Below, in pieces: positions 38,339 through 48,293 of a stretch of DNA of 64,000 nucleotides; position 1 is the first letter of the stretch; each line of letters opens with the position of its first letter. Below the pieces are notes generated by a model that was given only the letters and a program-made list of their open reading frames with translations, was not told where the DNA came from and searched no databases. The stretch lies in contig CAVURN010000001.1 of the NCBI GenBank assembly GCA_963743915.1, positions 416,001 through 480,000 of the forward strand, read 5' to 3'. The position numbers and the translations under genes were made by a program. Origin of the DNA: an uncultured Actinomycetota bacterium (GTDB lineage: Bacteria; Actinomycetota; Actinomycetes; JAHEKZ01).

Positions 38339-41300
38339 CCGCGCCCGTCCTCACCCCGGGATCGCTCGTGCGCCTCTTCGACATCCCCTTCACCGACGAG
38401 CAGCTGGCCGCGATCACGGCGCCGCACGCCCCGGCGGTCGTCATCGCCGGCGCCGGGTCCGGCAAGACCGCCCTGATGGCCGCGCGGGTGGTGTGGCTCG
38501 TGGCGACCGAGGGCGTCACGCCGGATGCGGTCCTCGGGCTCACCTTCACCAACAAGGCCGCAGGCGAGCTGAGCACCCGGGTCCGCAGGGCGTTGCGTCT
38601 GCTGGCCGACGACGGCCACGCACTCGCCGACGGTGAACCCACGGTGAGCACCTACCACGCCTACGCCGCCGCGCTGCTCCGCGAGTACGGCGTCTTCGCC
38701 GGCCACGAGCCGGCGGCGCTCGTGCTCACCGACGCGCAGCGCGTGCAGCTCGCCGAGTCCGTGGTCCGCCGGGCCCCCGGTCCCTTCCCTGCCCTCCGCG
38801 GCAAGGTCACCAGCCTCACCGAGAAGGTCGTGGCACTCGACGCCGAGCTCAACGAGCACCTGGTCGATGCCGACACCCTGGCGGCATTCGACCGCGCCAC
38901 GATCGCGGCGATCGACGAGGTCGAGCACCTCGAGGGGAAGGTCACGGCCGATCCGGCCAAGGCACGCGAGACGGCCCGCGCCCGGTTGGAGCTGCTGCCG
39001 CTGGTCGCCGACTTCCGCCGCGAGAAGCGACGGCGGGACCGGGTGGACTTCGGCGACCAGATGGCCGCGGCGGCCCTGCTCGCCGAGCAGGTGGCCGGCG
39101 TTGCGGAGTCCGAACGTGCGCGATTCGCCACGGTGCTGCTCGACGAGTACCAGGACACCTCGATGGCCCAGCAACGACTGCTCGTCGCGCTCTTCGGCGC
39201 AGGGCACCCGGTGATGGCCGTGGGTGACCCCTTCCAGTCCATCTACGGGTGGCGGGGTGCGTCGGTCCGCAACATCCTGAGCTTCCGGCACGACTTCGCC
39301 GATCCGGACCCGACCCCGGTCTTCTCGCTGGCCCAGAACAACCGTTCCGGGGAACGCATCCTCGACGTCGCCAACGCGGTGGCCGAGCCACTGCGTACCG
39401 ACTTCCCGGACGTCGTGCCGCTGCGCCCTCGGGAAGCCCACCGGGGCCGGGGTGAGGTGGTCGCCGGTCTCTACCTGACGTGCCACGACGAGGTCCAAGC
39501 CGTGTGCGACGACATCGCCGCGCAGGTGCGGGAGGGGCGTCCGCCCGGTGACCTCGCCATCCTCTGCCGTGAGTCGAAGGCTTTCGGCGACTACATCGAG
39601 GCACTCGGGCAGCGGCACATCCCGGTCGAGGTGGTCGGTCTCGCCGGGCTGCTCGACGTGCCCGAGGTCATCGACGTCGTCTCGGTGCTCGAGGTGCTGC
39701 ACGACCCCGGTGCCAACCCGAGCCTGCTGCGCCTGCTCACCGGTCCGCGCTGGCGGATCGGGGCGCACGACCTCGCGCTGCTGGGCGCGCGGGCCGCCGA
39801 GCTCGCCGCACCGCGCGCGTCCGCCGACGTCGTCCCGGAACGTCCCGACCTCGAGGGGCTGCTCCGGGATGCCGTTCAGGGCATCGACCCGGTCGAGGCG
39901 GTCTCACTGCTGGAGGCGCTCGAAGATCCAGGCGCGCGGCCGTACTCCGCGCAGGCCCGGGAGCGCTTCGCCGCGCTCGCGGCCGAGCTGCGCAGCCTGC
40001 GGCCGGGGACGCACGACGCCCCCGACCTCGTCCTCGCGCGGGTCATCGCCGTGACCGGCATCGACGTCGAGCTGGCGACCTCGGGCGCGGGCACGCGCAA
40101 CCTCGAGGCGCTGCTCGAGCAGGCGCGCACGTTCTCCGCGTCCGGGGGCGGCAGCGGACTCGGTCCCTTCCTCGCGTACCTCGGCGTCGCGCGCCGGTAC
40201 GGTGCGGCGTTCGACGTCCCGGCACCGGTCGGCACCGGCGGAGTCGCGCTGCTCACGGTGCACAAGGCCAAGGGGCTGGAGTGGCCGGTCGTCTACGTCC
40301 CGCAGGTGAGCGAAGGCGTGTTCCCCAACCGCCGCACCCGATCGACCCCTCTCACGTCTCCTTCCGTCCTGCCCTACCCGCTCCGCGGGGACGCGGCCGA
40401 CTTCCCTGACGTCCGGACGTGGCAGGGAAACCAGGGCATCGCCGCGTTCAAGCAGGAGGTGTCCGACCGCGAACGGGCCGAGGACCGACGGCTCGCCTAC
40501 GTCGCTCTCACGCGTGCGGCCGACCGCCTCGTCGTCACGGGGCACTGGTGGGGGCCGACGCAGTCCGAGCCGCGTGGTCTCAGTCCGTACCTCGAGGTGG
40601 TAGCCGACTTCTGTCGAACCGGCGGGGGCGTCTTGTCCCGGTGGGAGCCGGCGCCCGACGACGCCGCCACCAGCCCCGTCCTCGCCGTCGACCGCTCGGC
40701 CGACTGGCCGGCATCCGGCGACCCGGCCGCCGCAGCCGCCCGGCGTGAGGCGGCGGAGCTGGTGCGCGCGGCCATCGCCGGTGCGGTTGCCGACCCGGGC
40801 GACGAGCTCGACCCGTTCGCGCGGACCCGGGTCGAGGGATGGGATGCCGACCTCGAGGTGCTGCTCGCCGAGGCCGACCGACCCACAGCGTCCTCGACGG
40901 TGGTCCCGGCCGTGGTGTCGGCGTCGCGCGTCGTCGACCTGCTCCGCGACCCGGAGGTCGTCCGACGGTGGCGGCGTCCCCTGCCCCGGCGTCCCGCCGC
41001 CGCGGCCGCGCGCGGCACCCAGTTCCACGAGTGGGTCGAAGCGCGGTTCGGTCAGGTGCCCCTGCTCGATCTCGACGGGCTGGTGCCGGTCGAGGCTGAC
41101 GGAGCGAGCGACGTCGACAACGACGCCGAGCTGCAGGCGCTGCAACGAGCCTTTGCCGCCGGCCCCTACGCGGACCGTGCCCCGTTGGCGGTCGAGGCAC
41201 CGTTCCAGATGGTGCTCGACGACCAGCTGGTCGTCGGCCGGATCGACGCCGTCTACCGGGCGGACGACCCACACCTACCGACCGGGGTGCAGTACGAGGT

Positions 41301-41517
41301 CGTCGACTGGAAGACCGGGCGGCACGAGGCCGATCCCCTGCAGCTGGCGCTCTACCGGCTCGCCTGGGCGGAGCTGCAGGGGGTTCCGCTGGAGGCAGTC
41401 GCAGCGACCTTCTACTACGTCGCCACCGGTGAGGTCGTGCACCCGACCGACTTGCCGGACCGGGAGGCACTCGCGGTGTGGTGGAAGCGGTCGAAGGCCT
41501 ACGCTCCATCGTCGTGA
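38335..41517 (+). CDS. adnB: AdnB-like helicase-nuclease
   Basis: AGAGSGKT, DEYQD, GDPFQSIYGWRGA, HKAKGLEW, GRIDAVY...VDWKTG. GTGA overlap with adnA. Confidence 0.9.
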   Translation: MTAPVLTPGSLVRLFDIPFTDEQLAAITAPHAPAVVIAGAGSGKTALMAARVVWLVATEGVTPDAVLGLTFTNKAAGELSTRVRRALRLLADDGHALADGEPTVSTYHAYAAALLREYGVFAGHEPAALVLTDAQRVQLAESVVRRAPGPFPALRGKVTSLTEKVVALDAELNEHLVDADTLAAFDRATIAAIDEVEHLEGKVTADPAKARETARARLELLPLVADFRREKRRRDRVDFGDQMAAAALLAEQVAGVAESERARFATVLLDEYQDTSMAQQRLLVALFGAGHPVMAVGDPFQSIYGWRGASVRNILSFRHDFADPDPTPVFSLAQNNRSGERILDVANAVAEPLRTDFPDVVPLRPREAHRGRGEVVAGLYLTCHDEVQAVCDDIAAQVREGRPPGDLAILCRESKAFGDYIEALGQRHIPVEVVGLAGLLDVPEVIDVVSVLEVLHDPGANPSLLRLLTGPRWRIGAHDLALLGARAAELAAPRASADVVPERPDLEGLLRDAVQGIDPVEAVSLLEALEDPGARPYSAQARERFAALAAELRSLRPGTHDAPDLVLARVIAVTGIDVELATSGAGTRNLEALLEQARTFSASGGGSGLGPFLAYLGVARRYGAAFDVPAPVGTGGVALLTVHKAKGLEWPVVYVPQVSEGVFPNRRTRSTPLTSPSVLPYPLRGDAADFPDVRTWQGNQGIAAFKQEVSDRERAEDRRLAYVALTRAADRLVVTGHWWGPTQSEPRGLSPYLEVVADFCRTGGGVLSRWEPAPDDAATSPVLAVDRSADWPASGDPAAAAARREAAELVRAAIAGAVADPGDELDPFARTRVEGWDADLEVLLAEADRPTASSTVVPAVVSASRVVDLLRDPEVVRRWRRPLPRRPAAAAARGTQFHEWVEARFGQVPLLDLDGLVPVEADGASDVDNDAELQALQRAFAAGPYADRAPLAVEAPFQMVLDDQLVVGRIDAVYRADDPHLPTGVQYEVVDWKTGRHEADPLQLALYRLAWAELQGVPLEAVAATFYYVATGEVVHPTDLPDREALAVWWKRSKAYAPSS

Positions 41518-42407
41518 CGCCTCAGCTGTCCTTCACCGGCCCTGAGCACGACCGCGCGGCCGACCGGCGAACCGATGACGAGTGGCTCCGCCGGGCATGG
41601 ACGTCGAGCAGCTCGCGGGTGCTCACGGTCGTGGGTGGTGCCGCCGAGGTCTGGTCCGACGAGCTCGCCTGGCGCGACCCCGCCTCGTCACCGCAGGGCG
41701 AGCACTACCTGCTGGGCATCGACGACGACGGATGCGCGCGGTTCGCTGTGCGCCTGGACGACGTCCCTGCTGACGCCGAGGTGAGGGGACTGCGCCAACT
41801 GGCTTCGGTGCTGTCGGCGGACGAGGCCGGGTGGGCCTGTCACGCCGTGGCGCTCTCCCAGTGGCACGCCGCGCACGGCCACTGCTCTCGCTGCGGAGCG
41901 CGCACGGTGGTCACGGCCGGTGGGTCCGAGCGCCGCTGCCCCGAGGACGGTTCGGCCCACTTCCCCCGAGTCGACCCCGCCGTGATCATGCTCGTCACCG
42001 ATGCGCAGGACCGCGCGCTGCTGGGTCGGCACGCCAGCTGGCCGGTCGGGCGCTTCTCGACCCTCGCCGGCTTCGTCGAACCGGGCGAGGCGGCAGAGCA
42101 CGCGGTACGCCGCGAGGTGGCCGAGGAGTCCGGAGTCGTCGTGACCGACGTGCAGCTGCTCGTCACCCAGCCCTGGCCGTTCCCGTCCTCGTTGATGATC
42201 GGTGCCGCGGCGCGCGCGCCGGGGAGCGTCGAGCCGCGTCCGGACGGTGCTGAGCTGGTGGAGGCGCGGTGGTTCAGCCGCGACGAGCTGCACGACGCGG
42301 TCGCCAGCGGTGAGGTGCAGGTCTCGGGCGCCATCTCGATCTCGCGGTGGCTGATCGACCGCTGGTACGGGGGGACCCTCCCCGACGACGGAGCCGGGTG
42401 GCGCTGA
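41514..42407 (+). CDS. nudC: NAD(+) diphosphatase
   Basis: HCSRCG, FPRVDPAVI, AGFVEPGE...RREVAEESG, QPWPFPSSLM. Confidence 0.95.
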   Translation: MTPQLSFTGPEHDRAADRRTDDEWLRRAWTSSSSRVLTVVGGAAEVWSDELAWRDPASSPQGEHYLLGIDDDGCARFAVRLDDVPADAEVRGLRQLASVLSADEAGWACHAVALSQWHAAHGHCSRCGARTVVTAGGSERRCPEDGSAHFPRVDPAVIMLVTDAQDRALLGRHASWPVGRFSTLAGFVEPGEAAEHAVRREVAEESGVVVTDVQLLVTQPWPFPSSLMIGAAARAPGSVEPRPDGAELVEARWFSRDELHDAVASGEVQVSGAISISRWLIDRWYGGTLPDDGAGWR

Positions 42408-42417
42408 GGAGCGGGGG

Positions 42418-42684
42418 TCAGCGGCTGCCGTCGAGGCGCGCGAGAACCGCCTCGAGCGGGGGGTTGACCAGGGCGCTGCCGTCGGCGAACTTCACCGTCG
42501 GCACCGTGCGCGCACCGTCGTTCATGGCGGCGATCCATGCACCGGCGTCGGGCTCCTGCTCGACGTCCACCTCGTCGTAGACCACGCCGTGGTCGCTGAG
42601 TCGCTGCTTGAGGCGGGTGCAGGGGCCGCACCACGGAGTGGTGTACAGGGTGAGGGCGGCCCGGGCGGGTGCGGTGTCGGTCAC
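42418..42684 (-). CDS. Mycoredoxin/glutaredoxin-like protein
   Basis: LYTTPWCGPC...TVPTVKFADGSALVNP. Conserved position between nudC and uvrD2. Confidence 0.88.
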   Translation of the reverse strand: MTDTAPARAALTLYTTPWCGPCTRLKQRLSDHGVVYDEVDVEQEPDAGAWIAAMNDGARTVPTVKFADGSALVNPPLEAVLARLDGSR

Positions 42685-42702
42685 AGGTGCCAGGATGCCG
42701 GA

Positions 42703-44817
42703 ATGACCGCCGCCACGCTCGACGAGGTGCTCGGCGACCTCGATCCCGAGCAGCACGCGGTGGCGACCGCACCCCGTGGCCCGGTGTGCGTGCTGGCCGG
42801 GGCCGGCACGGGCAAGACACGAGCCCTCACGCACCGCATCGCGGCACTCGCGATCTCGGGCCAGGTCGACCCGCGGCACGTCCTGGCGCTGACGTTCACG
42901 GCGCGTGCTGCCGGTGAGCTCCGCGGCCGTCTGCGGGCCCTGGGGGTCGACGGCGTCCAGGCTCGGACGTTCCACGCCGCCGCCCTGCGTCAGCTGCGGT
43001 TCTTCTGGCCCTCCGTCGTCGGCGGGACTCCGCCGGGCGTCGCCGCCTCCAAGGCGTCGCTGGTCGCCGAGGCCGCCGGCCGCTTGCGGGTTCGTGCCGA
43101 CGCCACGTTGGTGCGTGACCTTGCGTCCGAGATCGAGTGGGCCAAGGTCAGCCAGATCACACCGGAGGCGTATGCGGCTCGGGCAGGTGCCGCGGCACGC
43201 GCTGCGCCGGGTGACCTCGACCTCGCGACCGTCGGACGCATCTACGGGGCCTACGACACTGTCAAGTCCGACCGCGGTGTCATCGACTTCGAGGACGTCC
43301 TGCTGCTGACGGCGGGGATGGTCGCCGACGATGCCGCGATGGCGACGACCGTCCGCGACCAGTACCGCTGTCTGCTGGTGGACGAGTACCAGGACGTCAG
43401 TCCGATCCAACAGCACCTTCTCGACCTCTGGCTCGCCGAGCGCGACGACCTGACCGTCGTCGGGGACGCCAACCAGACGATCTACTCCTTCGCCGGAGCG
43501 AGCCCGGACTTCCTGCTCGACTTCTCCCGACGGTTCCCGGGCGCCTCCGTGCTGCGTCTCGAACGGAGCTACCGCTCCACTCCGCAGGTCGTCGAGACCG
43601 CCAACCGACTCCTCACGTCGGCGCCCGGTGCCGCCGCCCGCCAGCGGGTGGTGCTCCGTGCCCAGCGTCCACCCGGACCGGAGCCGGAGTGGATCGCGGC
43701 AGCTGACGAGGCCGCCGAGGTGGGAGCAGTGGTTGAACGGATTCGACAGCTGGTGGCCTCGGGAGCGGACCCACGCGAGATCGCGGTGCTCTACCGGATC
43801 AACGCTCAGAGCGCCTCCTTCGAGGAGGCGCTCACCGAGGTGGGCGTCCGGTACACCGTGCGCGGAGGCGAGCGCTTCTTCGAGCGGCGCGAGGTACGGG
43901 ACGCCCTCGCGCTGCTGCGTGGTGCCACCCGCGCGGAGGCCGAGGAGCAGGGCATCGAAGGAGGTCTCCCCGATCAGGTCGCGGCGATCCTGAGCACCAT
44001 CGGGTACGGGCCCACGCCCCCGCCCGGTCCCAGTCAGGCGCGTGACCGCTGGGAGTCGTGGGCAGCGCTGGTGTCGGTGGCCCGCGAGCTGGTGGTGTCC
44101 CGGCCGCAGGCGACGCTCGTCGACCTGGCCGAGGAGCTGCAGCACCGGGCGACCACGCAGCATGCGCCGGCCGGCGACGGCGTGACCCTGGCGTCACTCC
44201 ACTCGGCAAAGGGCCTGGAGTGGGACACCGTCTTCCTGGTGGGTCTCACCGACGGCATGATGCCGATCACCTACGCCTCCACGCCGGAGCAGGTGGCTGA
44301 GGAGCGAAGGCTGCTCTACGTCGGCATCACGCGTGCCCGCACGCGCCTGGTGTTCTCCTACGCCCGCACACGCAACGCCGGTGACCGGCGCACACGTCAG
44401 CCTTCGCCGTTCCTGCGCTCACTGGGCACGGGCTTCGCCGAGGAGGACCACGCGACACCGGCGCGCACTGCGCGGAGCAGAGCGCCGGCTGCGTGCCGAG
44501 GATGCGGTCGAGCCCTCACCACGCCGACCGAGCGCAAGTTGCGGCACTGTGCCCACTGCGAGGTCGACATCGACCTCGAGCTGTTCGAGTCGCTGCGCAA
44601 GTGGCGCAAGCAGACTGCGGAGGACGCCGCCGTCCCTGCCTTCGTGGTGTTCACCGACGCGACGCTCACGGCGGTGGCGATGGAGCACCCCACGTCCGAG
44701 AGCGCCCTGCGTCGCATCCCCGGCATCGGTCAGGTGAAGGTCGAACGCTACGGATCGGCTCTGCTCGACGTGGTGCGACGCCACGCTTCGCAGACTCCTG
44801 CGCGCGACACGCAGTAA
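42703..44817 (+). CDS. uvrD2: ATP-dependent DNA helicase UvrD2 (with HRDC)
   Basis: AGAGTGKT, DEYQD, HSAKGLEW, CRGC...CAHC, C-terminal HRDC (PAFVVFTDATL). Confidence 0.93.
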   Translation: MTAATLDEVLGDLDPEQHAVATAPRGPVCVLAGAGTGKTRALTHRIAALAISGQVDPRHVLALTFTARAAGELRGRLRALGVDGVQARTFHAAALRQLRFFWPSVVGGTPPGVAASKASLVAEAAGRLRVRADATLVRDLASEIEWAKVSQITPEAYAARAGAAARAAPGDLDLATVGRIYGAYDTVKSDRGVIDFEDVLLLTAGMVADDAAMATTVRDQYRCLLVDEYQDVSPIQQHLLDLWLAERDDLTVVGDANQTIYSFAGASPDFLLDFSRRFPGASVLRLERSYRSTPQVVETANRLLTSAPGAAARQRVVLRAQRPPGPEPEWIAAADEAAEVGAVVERIRQLVASGADPREIAVLYRINAQSASFEEALTEVGVRYTVRGGERFFERREVRDALALLRGATRAEAEEQGIEGGLPDQVAAILSTIGYGPTPPPGPSQARDRWESWAALVSVARELVVSRPQATLVDLAEELQHRATTQHAPAGDGVTLASLHSAKGLEWDTVFLVGLTDGMMPITYASTPEQVAEERRLLYVGITRARTRLVFSYARTRNAGDRRTRQPSPFLRSLGTGFAEEDHATPARTARSRAPAACRGCGRALTTPTERKLRHCAHCEVDIDLELFESLRKWRKQTAEDAAVPAFVVFTDATLTAVAMEHPTSESALRRIPGIGQVKVERYGSALLDVVRRHASQTPARDTQ

Positions 44818-44852
44818 TTGGCTTGCCAGCCTCGCCGGCCTTCCCCTACCCT
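44814..44852 (+). promoter_or_regulatory. Putative whiB7/wblC promoter with AT-rich element upstream of -35
   Basis: TAATT (44815-44819), TTGCCA (44823-44828), 18-nt spacer, TACCCT (44847-44852). Matches the known WhiB7-autoactivated promoter layout. Confidence 0.6.
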
Positions 44853-44930
44853 CCTCAGGAACGCCGACGCGTTGTTCGCCTGCTCACCGGAGCAGCGACG
44901 CCCGGCCCGTGCGAAAGGAGGTGGCTGAAA

Positions 44931-45065
44931 ATGATCGAGACCATGAAGACGCGCTTCGTCCTCGTGCCGTCCGCTGCTGCCACCTCCGGGTGCGCGGCTG
45001 ACGTGCGCCCGCAGGGCGCCAGCGCCGTCTTCGGCGGTTCTCACGCCTGGAGTCCACCTGTGTAG
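44931..45065 (+). CDS. whiB7/wblC leader peptide (uORF, 44 aa)
   Basis: Strong SD GAAAGGAGG, MIETMKTRFVL...AWSPPV stop, followed by an intrinsic terminator. Confidence 0.8.
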   Translation: MIETMKTRFVLVPSAAATSGCAADVRPQGASAVFGGSHAWSPPV

Positions 45066-45085
45066 ACACGCACTGGGCTGACTCC

Positions 45086-45129
45086 AGGCCACGGACCCGA
45101 AGACCTCGGATCCGTGGCCTTTTCGTTTG
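45086..45129 (+). terminator. Rho-independent attenuator terminator in the whiB7 leader
   Basis: AGGCCACGGACCCGA-AGACC-TCGGATCCGTGGCCT followed by TTTCGTTT. Confidence 0.88.
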
Positions 45130-45160
45130 TCCCGACCACCACACCAGGAGGTGACCCGCA

Positions 45161-45484
45161 GTGACCGCCATGCCGATGACCTCGGACCTGCTCGACGCGG
45201 GGATGCACGCACTCCTCTCGCCCTCGGAGCCGCTGACCCCCACCTCCGTGTGGACGGTCCCGTGCCATGAAGGTGACCCCGAGCTCTGGTTCGCCGACAC
45301 CCCCGCGGGGGTCGAGGCCGCCAAGCACCTCTGCCGCAGCTGCCCGCTGCAGGAGGCGTGCCTGGCCGGGGCAATGGAGCGCTCCGAGCCATGGGGCGTC
45401 TGGGGAGGCCAGCTCTTCGAGCAGGGGGTCGTGGTACCGCGCAAGCGGCCTCGCGGCCGGCCCCGCAAGAACGAAGTGGCTTGA
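45161..45484 (+). CDS. whiB7: WhiB7/WblC transcriptional regulator
   Basis: Four Cys (PC...CRSCP...C), EPWGVWGG, C-terminal AT-hook RKRPRGRPRK, located after uvrD2. Confidence 0.93.
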   Translation: MTAMPMTSDLLDAGMHALLSPSEPLTPTSVWTVPCHEGDPELWFADTPAGVEAAKHLCRSCPLQEACLAGAMERSEPWGVWGGQLFEQGVVVPRKRPRGRPRKNEVA

Positions 45485-45525
45485 CCAGCATCAAGACAAC
45501 GAACATCTCAACAAGGAGTCAGACA

Positions 45526-45708
45526 ATGTTTGTGCACGAAGAACTCGCACGCGCTCATCATGAACGCTTCGTCCGCGACAGCCAGCAGCTGGCGCGCGCC
45601 CGCCGGCTCGTGGCGGCCCGCAAGGCCCGCCGTCGTGCCGAGCGTGCCGCGTGCGTCGCCCGTGAGGCGGCGCTCCAGGCTGCGCTGGCCCAGTCGAGCT
45701 TGATGTGA
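45526..45708 (+). CDS. Small basic hypothetical protein downstream of whiB7
   Basis: SD AAGGAG, 60-aa Arg/Ala-rich helical ORF MFVHEELARAH. Confidence 0.72.
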   Translation: MFVHEELARAHHERFVRDSQQLARARRLVAARKARRRAERAACVAREAALQAALAQSSLM

Positions 45709-45717
45709 GCCCGACGA

Positions 45718-45757
45718 CGTAGGGGAGGGACACCGGTTCCGGAGTCCCTCCCCTACG
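45718..45757. terminator. GC-rich hairpin, probable terminator between convergent genes
   Basis: CGTAGGGGAGGGAC...GTCCCTCCCCTACG perfect 14-bp inverted repeat. Confidence 0.75.
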
Positions 45758-45838
45758 CATGTCCGGTGATCGGAGCACTGCAGTCACTTTCGGGGCACGA
45801 GCGAACGCCGAGAATGACTGGAACGCTTCGATCACGCG

Positions 45839-47149
45839 TCAGGCGGGACGGGCGAAACCCGGCAACCACTCTTCGGCCTCGCCCCGGAACCGTGCGGTGC
45901 TGCCGAGCTGGCAGAGCACCCCCATGACGCCCAGCGTCACCCGGTGGATGAGCAGGTACGAGGGCGGCAGGTTGAGCTTCATCCCGGTCGTCGCCTTCCG
46001 GAGGTCGGCGAGACGCAGCGCCTCCGCGCGCAGCCATGGCCGGTCGAACCGGAACTCGTCGTGGCGCAGCGGTTCGAGCAGCGGCACCAGGTAGCCCAGC
46101 AGCTCGTCGGCGTCGATGGTGACCGACGGCCGCACGAACCCTTCGGCCCGCAGTCCCTCGAGCACCCCTTCGGCGTCACCCTCCAGTGCGCGGCGGGCGA
46201 GCATGCCGATCGGTCGCGGAAGGCCGAGCGGCAAGCCGGTCGACCGCACCGAAGTCGAGGATCGCCAGCCGTCCGTCGTCCAGCAGCCGGAAGTTGCCGG
46301 GATGAGGGTCGGCGTGCAGCAGCCGCGCCCTGGCGGGCGCAGAGAACAGCAGCCGCGCCAGCAGGAGGCCGGAGCGGTTGCGCGCCTCGTCAGCGCCCTC
46401 GTCGATGATCGTGCGCAGCGGAGTGCCGTCCACCCACTCGGTGACGAGAACCTCGTCGCCGGCGTGGACGACGTCGGGGATGAGGAAGTCGACATCGTCG
46501 AGGAAGGCCTTGCGGAACGCCCGCTGGGAGCGCGCCTCGCGCCGGTAGTCCAGCTCCTCGTCCATGCGCCGCTGCAGCTCGTCGACGAGCGGTGCGACGT
46601 CCAGTCCGGGGGAGAGCGGCCCCATCATCCGCATCATCCGACCGATCTGGGTCAGGTCCGAGCGCAGCGCCTGACTGGCACCGGGGTACTGGATCTTGAC
46701 CGCGACCCGCGACCGTCCCGCCACACCGCCCGGTGCACCTGACCGATGGACGCGGCGGCCGCGGGGTCGTCGTCGAACTCGAGGAACCGTTGGCGCCACC
46801 GCGGACCGATCTGTTCGGCCAGCACCGTGTGGACCCGGTCGGCGGGGAGCGCCGGTGCGGCCTCCTGCAGCTGCGCGAGCGAGGCACGGTAGGGGGCGGC
46901 GAGCTCCTCGGGGATCGCTGCCTCGAAGACCGACAGCGCCTGTCCCACCTTCATGGCGCCGCCCTTGAGCTCGCCCAGGACCCGGAACATCTGCTCGGCG
47001 GTCCGCTGCTGGACCTCGGCCACGACCAGCTCGGTCGGCTTGCCGCCGACGCGCTTGCCGACGCCCCAGGCCGTGCGCCCCGCGAAGCCCAGCGGCAGGG
47101 TCGCGAGCTTCGCCGTGCGGGTCACCGCACGTCGGGGAAGGTCGGGCAC
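45839..47149 (-). pseudogene. ABC1/AarF/UbiB kinase family protein with two frameshifts (near 46707 and 46235)
   Basis: LKGGAMKVGQ, AAASIGQVH | VAVKIQYPG, HADPHPGNF, LDFG | C-terminal segment, split across ORFs. Confidence 0.85.
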
Positions 47150-47163
47150 CCGTCCATTGTCCG

Positions 47164-48180
47164 TCACCCGGCGAGGTCCGGCCATGCGCACCCGCATTCG
47201 GGGTGCCGGGCCACCGGGAGAAGCCGCACGCTGCCCTCCGGCGCCGTCAGCTCCAGCTGGCCGGTCAGCGTGGTCGGCTCACCCCCCGTCATCCACTCGA
47301 GGACGTGCGAGGTGGCCAGGTGGGCCGTCATGCCGACGAGCGACGCGTCCGTGTCCGTTCGGGTGTGGGGGTCGAGCTGCCTCCACACCTGGGCCCAGCC
47401 GGGGTCACGGTCGCGACGGGCCAGGGTGACGCAGTGGTGACATGGAGTGGCGCCAGGGACGACCAGGGGTCCCACGCGTCCGATCCGCTCCTGGCAGGTG
47501 ACGACGAGGTGGGGTGTCCCAGAAGCCACCAGGCGGCGACTGCGCGTCTCGACGTCGACGGCATCGGTGAGGACGTGCAGGCTCTGCTGGACGTAGCGCG
47601 GGGCCTGGCGAGTGACCCACGGCTGACGCAGGGCGGGGAGCTCAGATCGCTGCCGACCGACCTCCGTGGGGGCGAACCCGCCGACGCTGACATCGCTGGC
47701 CTCGACGCGCCGGGTGTCATGGGCATCGACCCGGGCGACGCCCGCGGCGGTGAGCGAGGTCCAGACGGTGGCCCCGAGCCGACTCAGTCCTTCCACCACC
47801 ACGCGGGTCCGGGCGAGCTGGTCGAAGCGCGACGCCGGGTCGGCCCGGAAGCGCGGCAGAGTGCCGGCGACGCGGTGGTCGGGGAGCAGCCGCGCCAGAC
47901 CCTCGGGGGTCAGGCCACGACCACCGGGCCAGCGTCGGCCGTCGATGAGGACACCGAAGTGCAGCAGTCGCTCGAGGACGATGTCGACCACCGACCCTGG
48001 GGCGTCCAGCGCCGCCACGAGCTGGTCGCGGTCGCGGGAGCCGTCGAGCAGGGGAAGCAGGTCCCGCGCGAGCTCGGGCAGCCCGGTGACGACAAGAGGC
48101 TGGGGGACCTCGATCCCGAACTGGATCGTGTCACGCGCGCGCCAGGCCCAGCGGAGACCGGGAAGGAGGAGTGGACGCAC
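47164..48180 (-). CDS. ThiF-like / TOMM leader-binding-like protein
   Basis: VGPLVVPGATPCHHC and HPECGC motifs. Conserved neighbour of the ABC1 kinase. Confidence 0.78.
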   Translation of the reverse strand: MRPLLLPGLRWAWRARDTIQFGIEVPQPLVVTGLPELARDLLPLLDGSRDRDQLVAALDAPGSVVDIVLERLLHFGVLIDGRRWPGGRGLTPEGLARLLPDHRVAGTLPRFRADPASRFDQLARTRVVVEGLSRLGATVWTSLTAAGVARVDAHDTRRVEASDVSVGGFAPTEVGRQRSELPALRQPWVTRQAPRYVQQSLHVLTDAVDVETRSRRLVASGTPHLVVTCQERIGRVGPLVVPGATPCHHCVTLARRDRDPGWAQVWRQLDPHTRTDTDASLVGMTAHLATSHVLEWMTGGEPTTLTGQLELTAPEGSVRLLPVARHPECGCAWPDLAG

Positions 48181-48293
48181 CGCGGCAGCGTGGCACGTCG
48201 ACGGGCGTCAGGGAGCGATGTCCACAGCCGGTGCCAGGACGCGACGAGGCGCCCCCCAGGGAGAGGAGCGCCTCGTGGTGCAGTGTGCGGTGG

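Noticed and set aside
35194-44817. Three UvrD-type helicases as a possible anti-phage defence island
   Set aside because: They match the housekeeping adnAB-nudC-mrx-uvrD2 block in its usual order.
13890-46715. Programmed frameshifting or phase variation at the four indel sites
   Set aside because: No slippery heptamers or long simple repeats at the sites. Scattered single-base indels in conserved genes fit sequencing error better.
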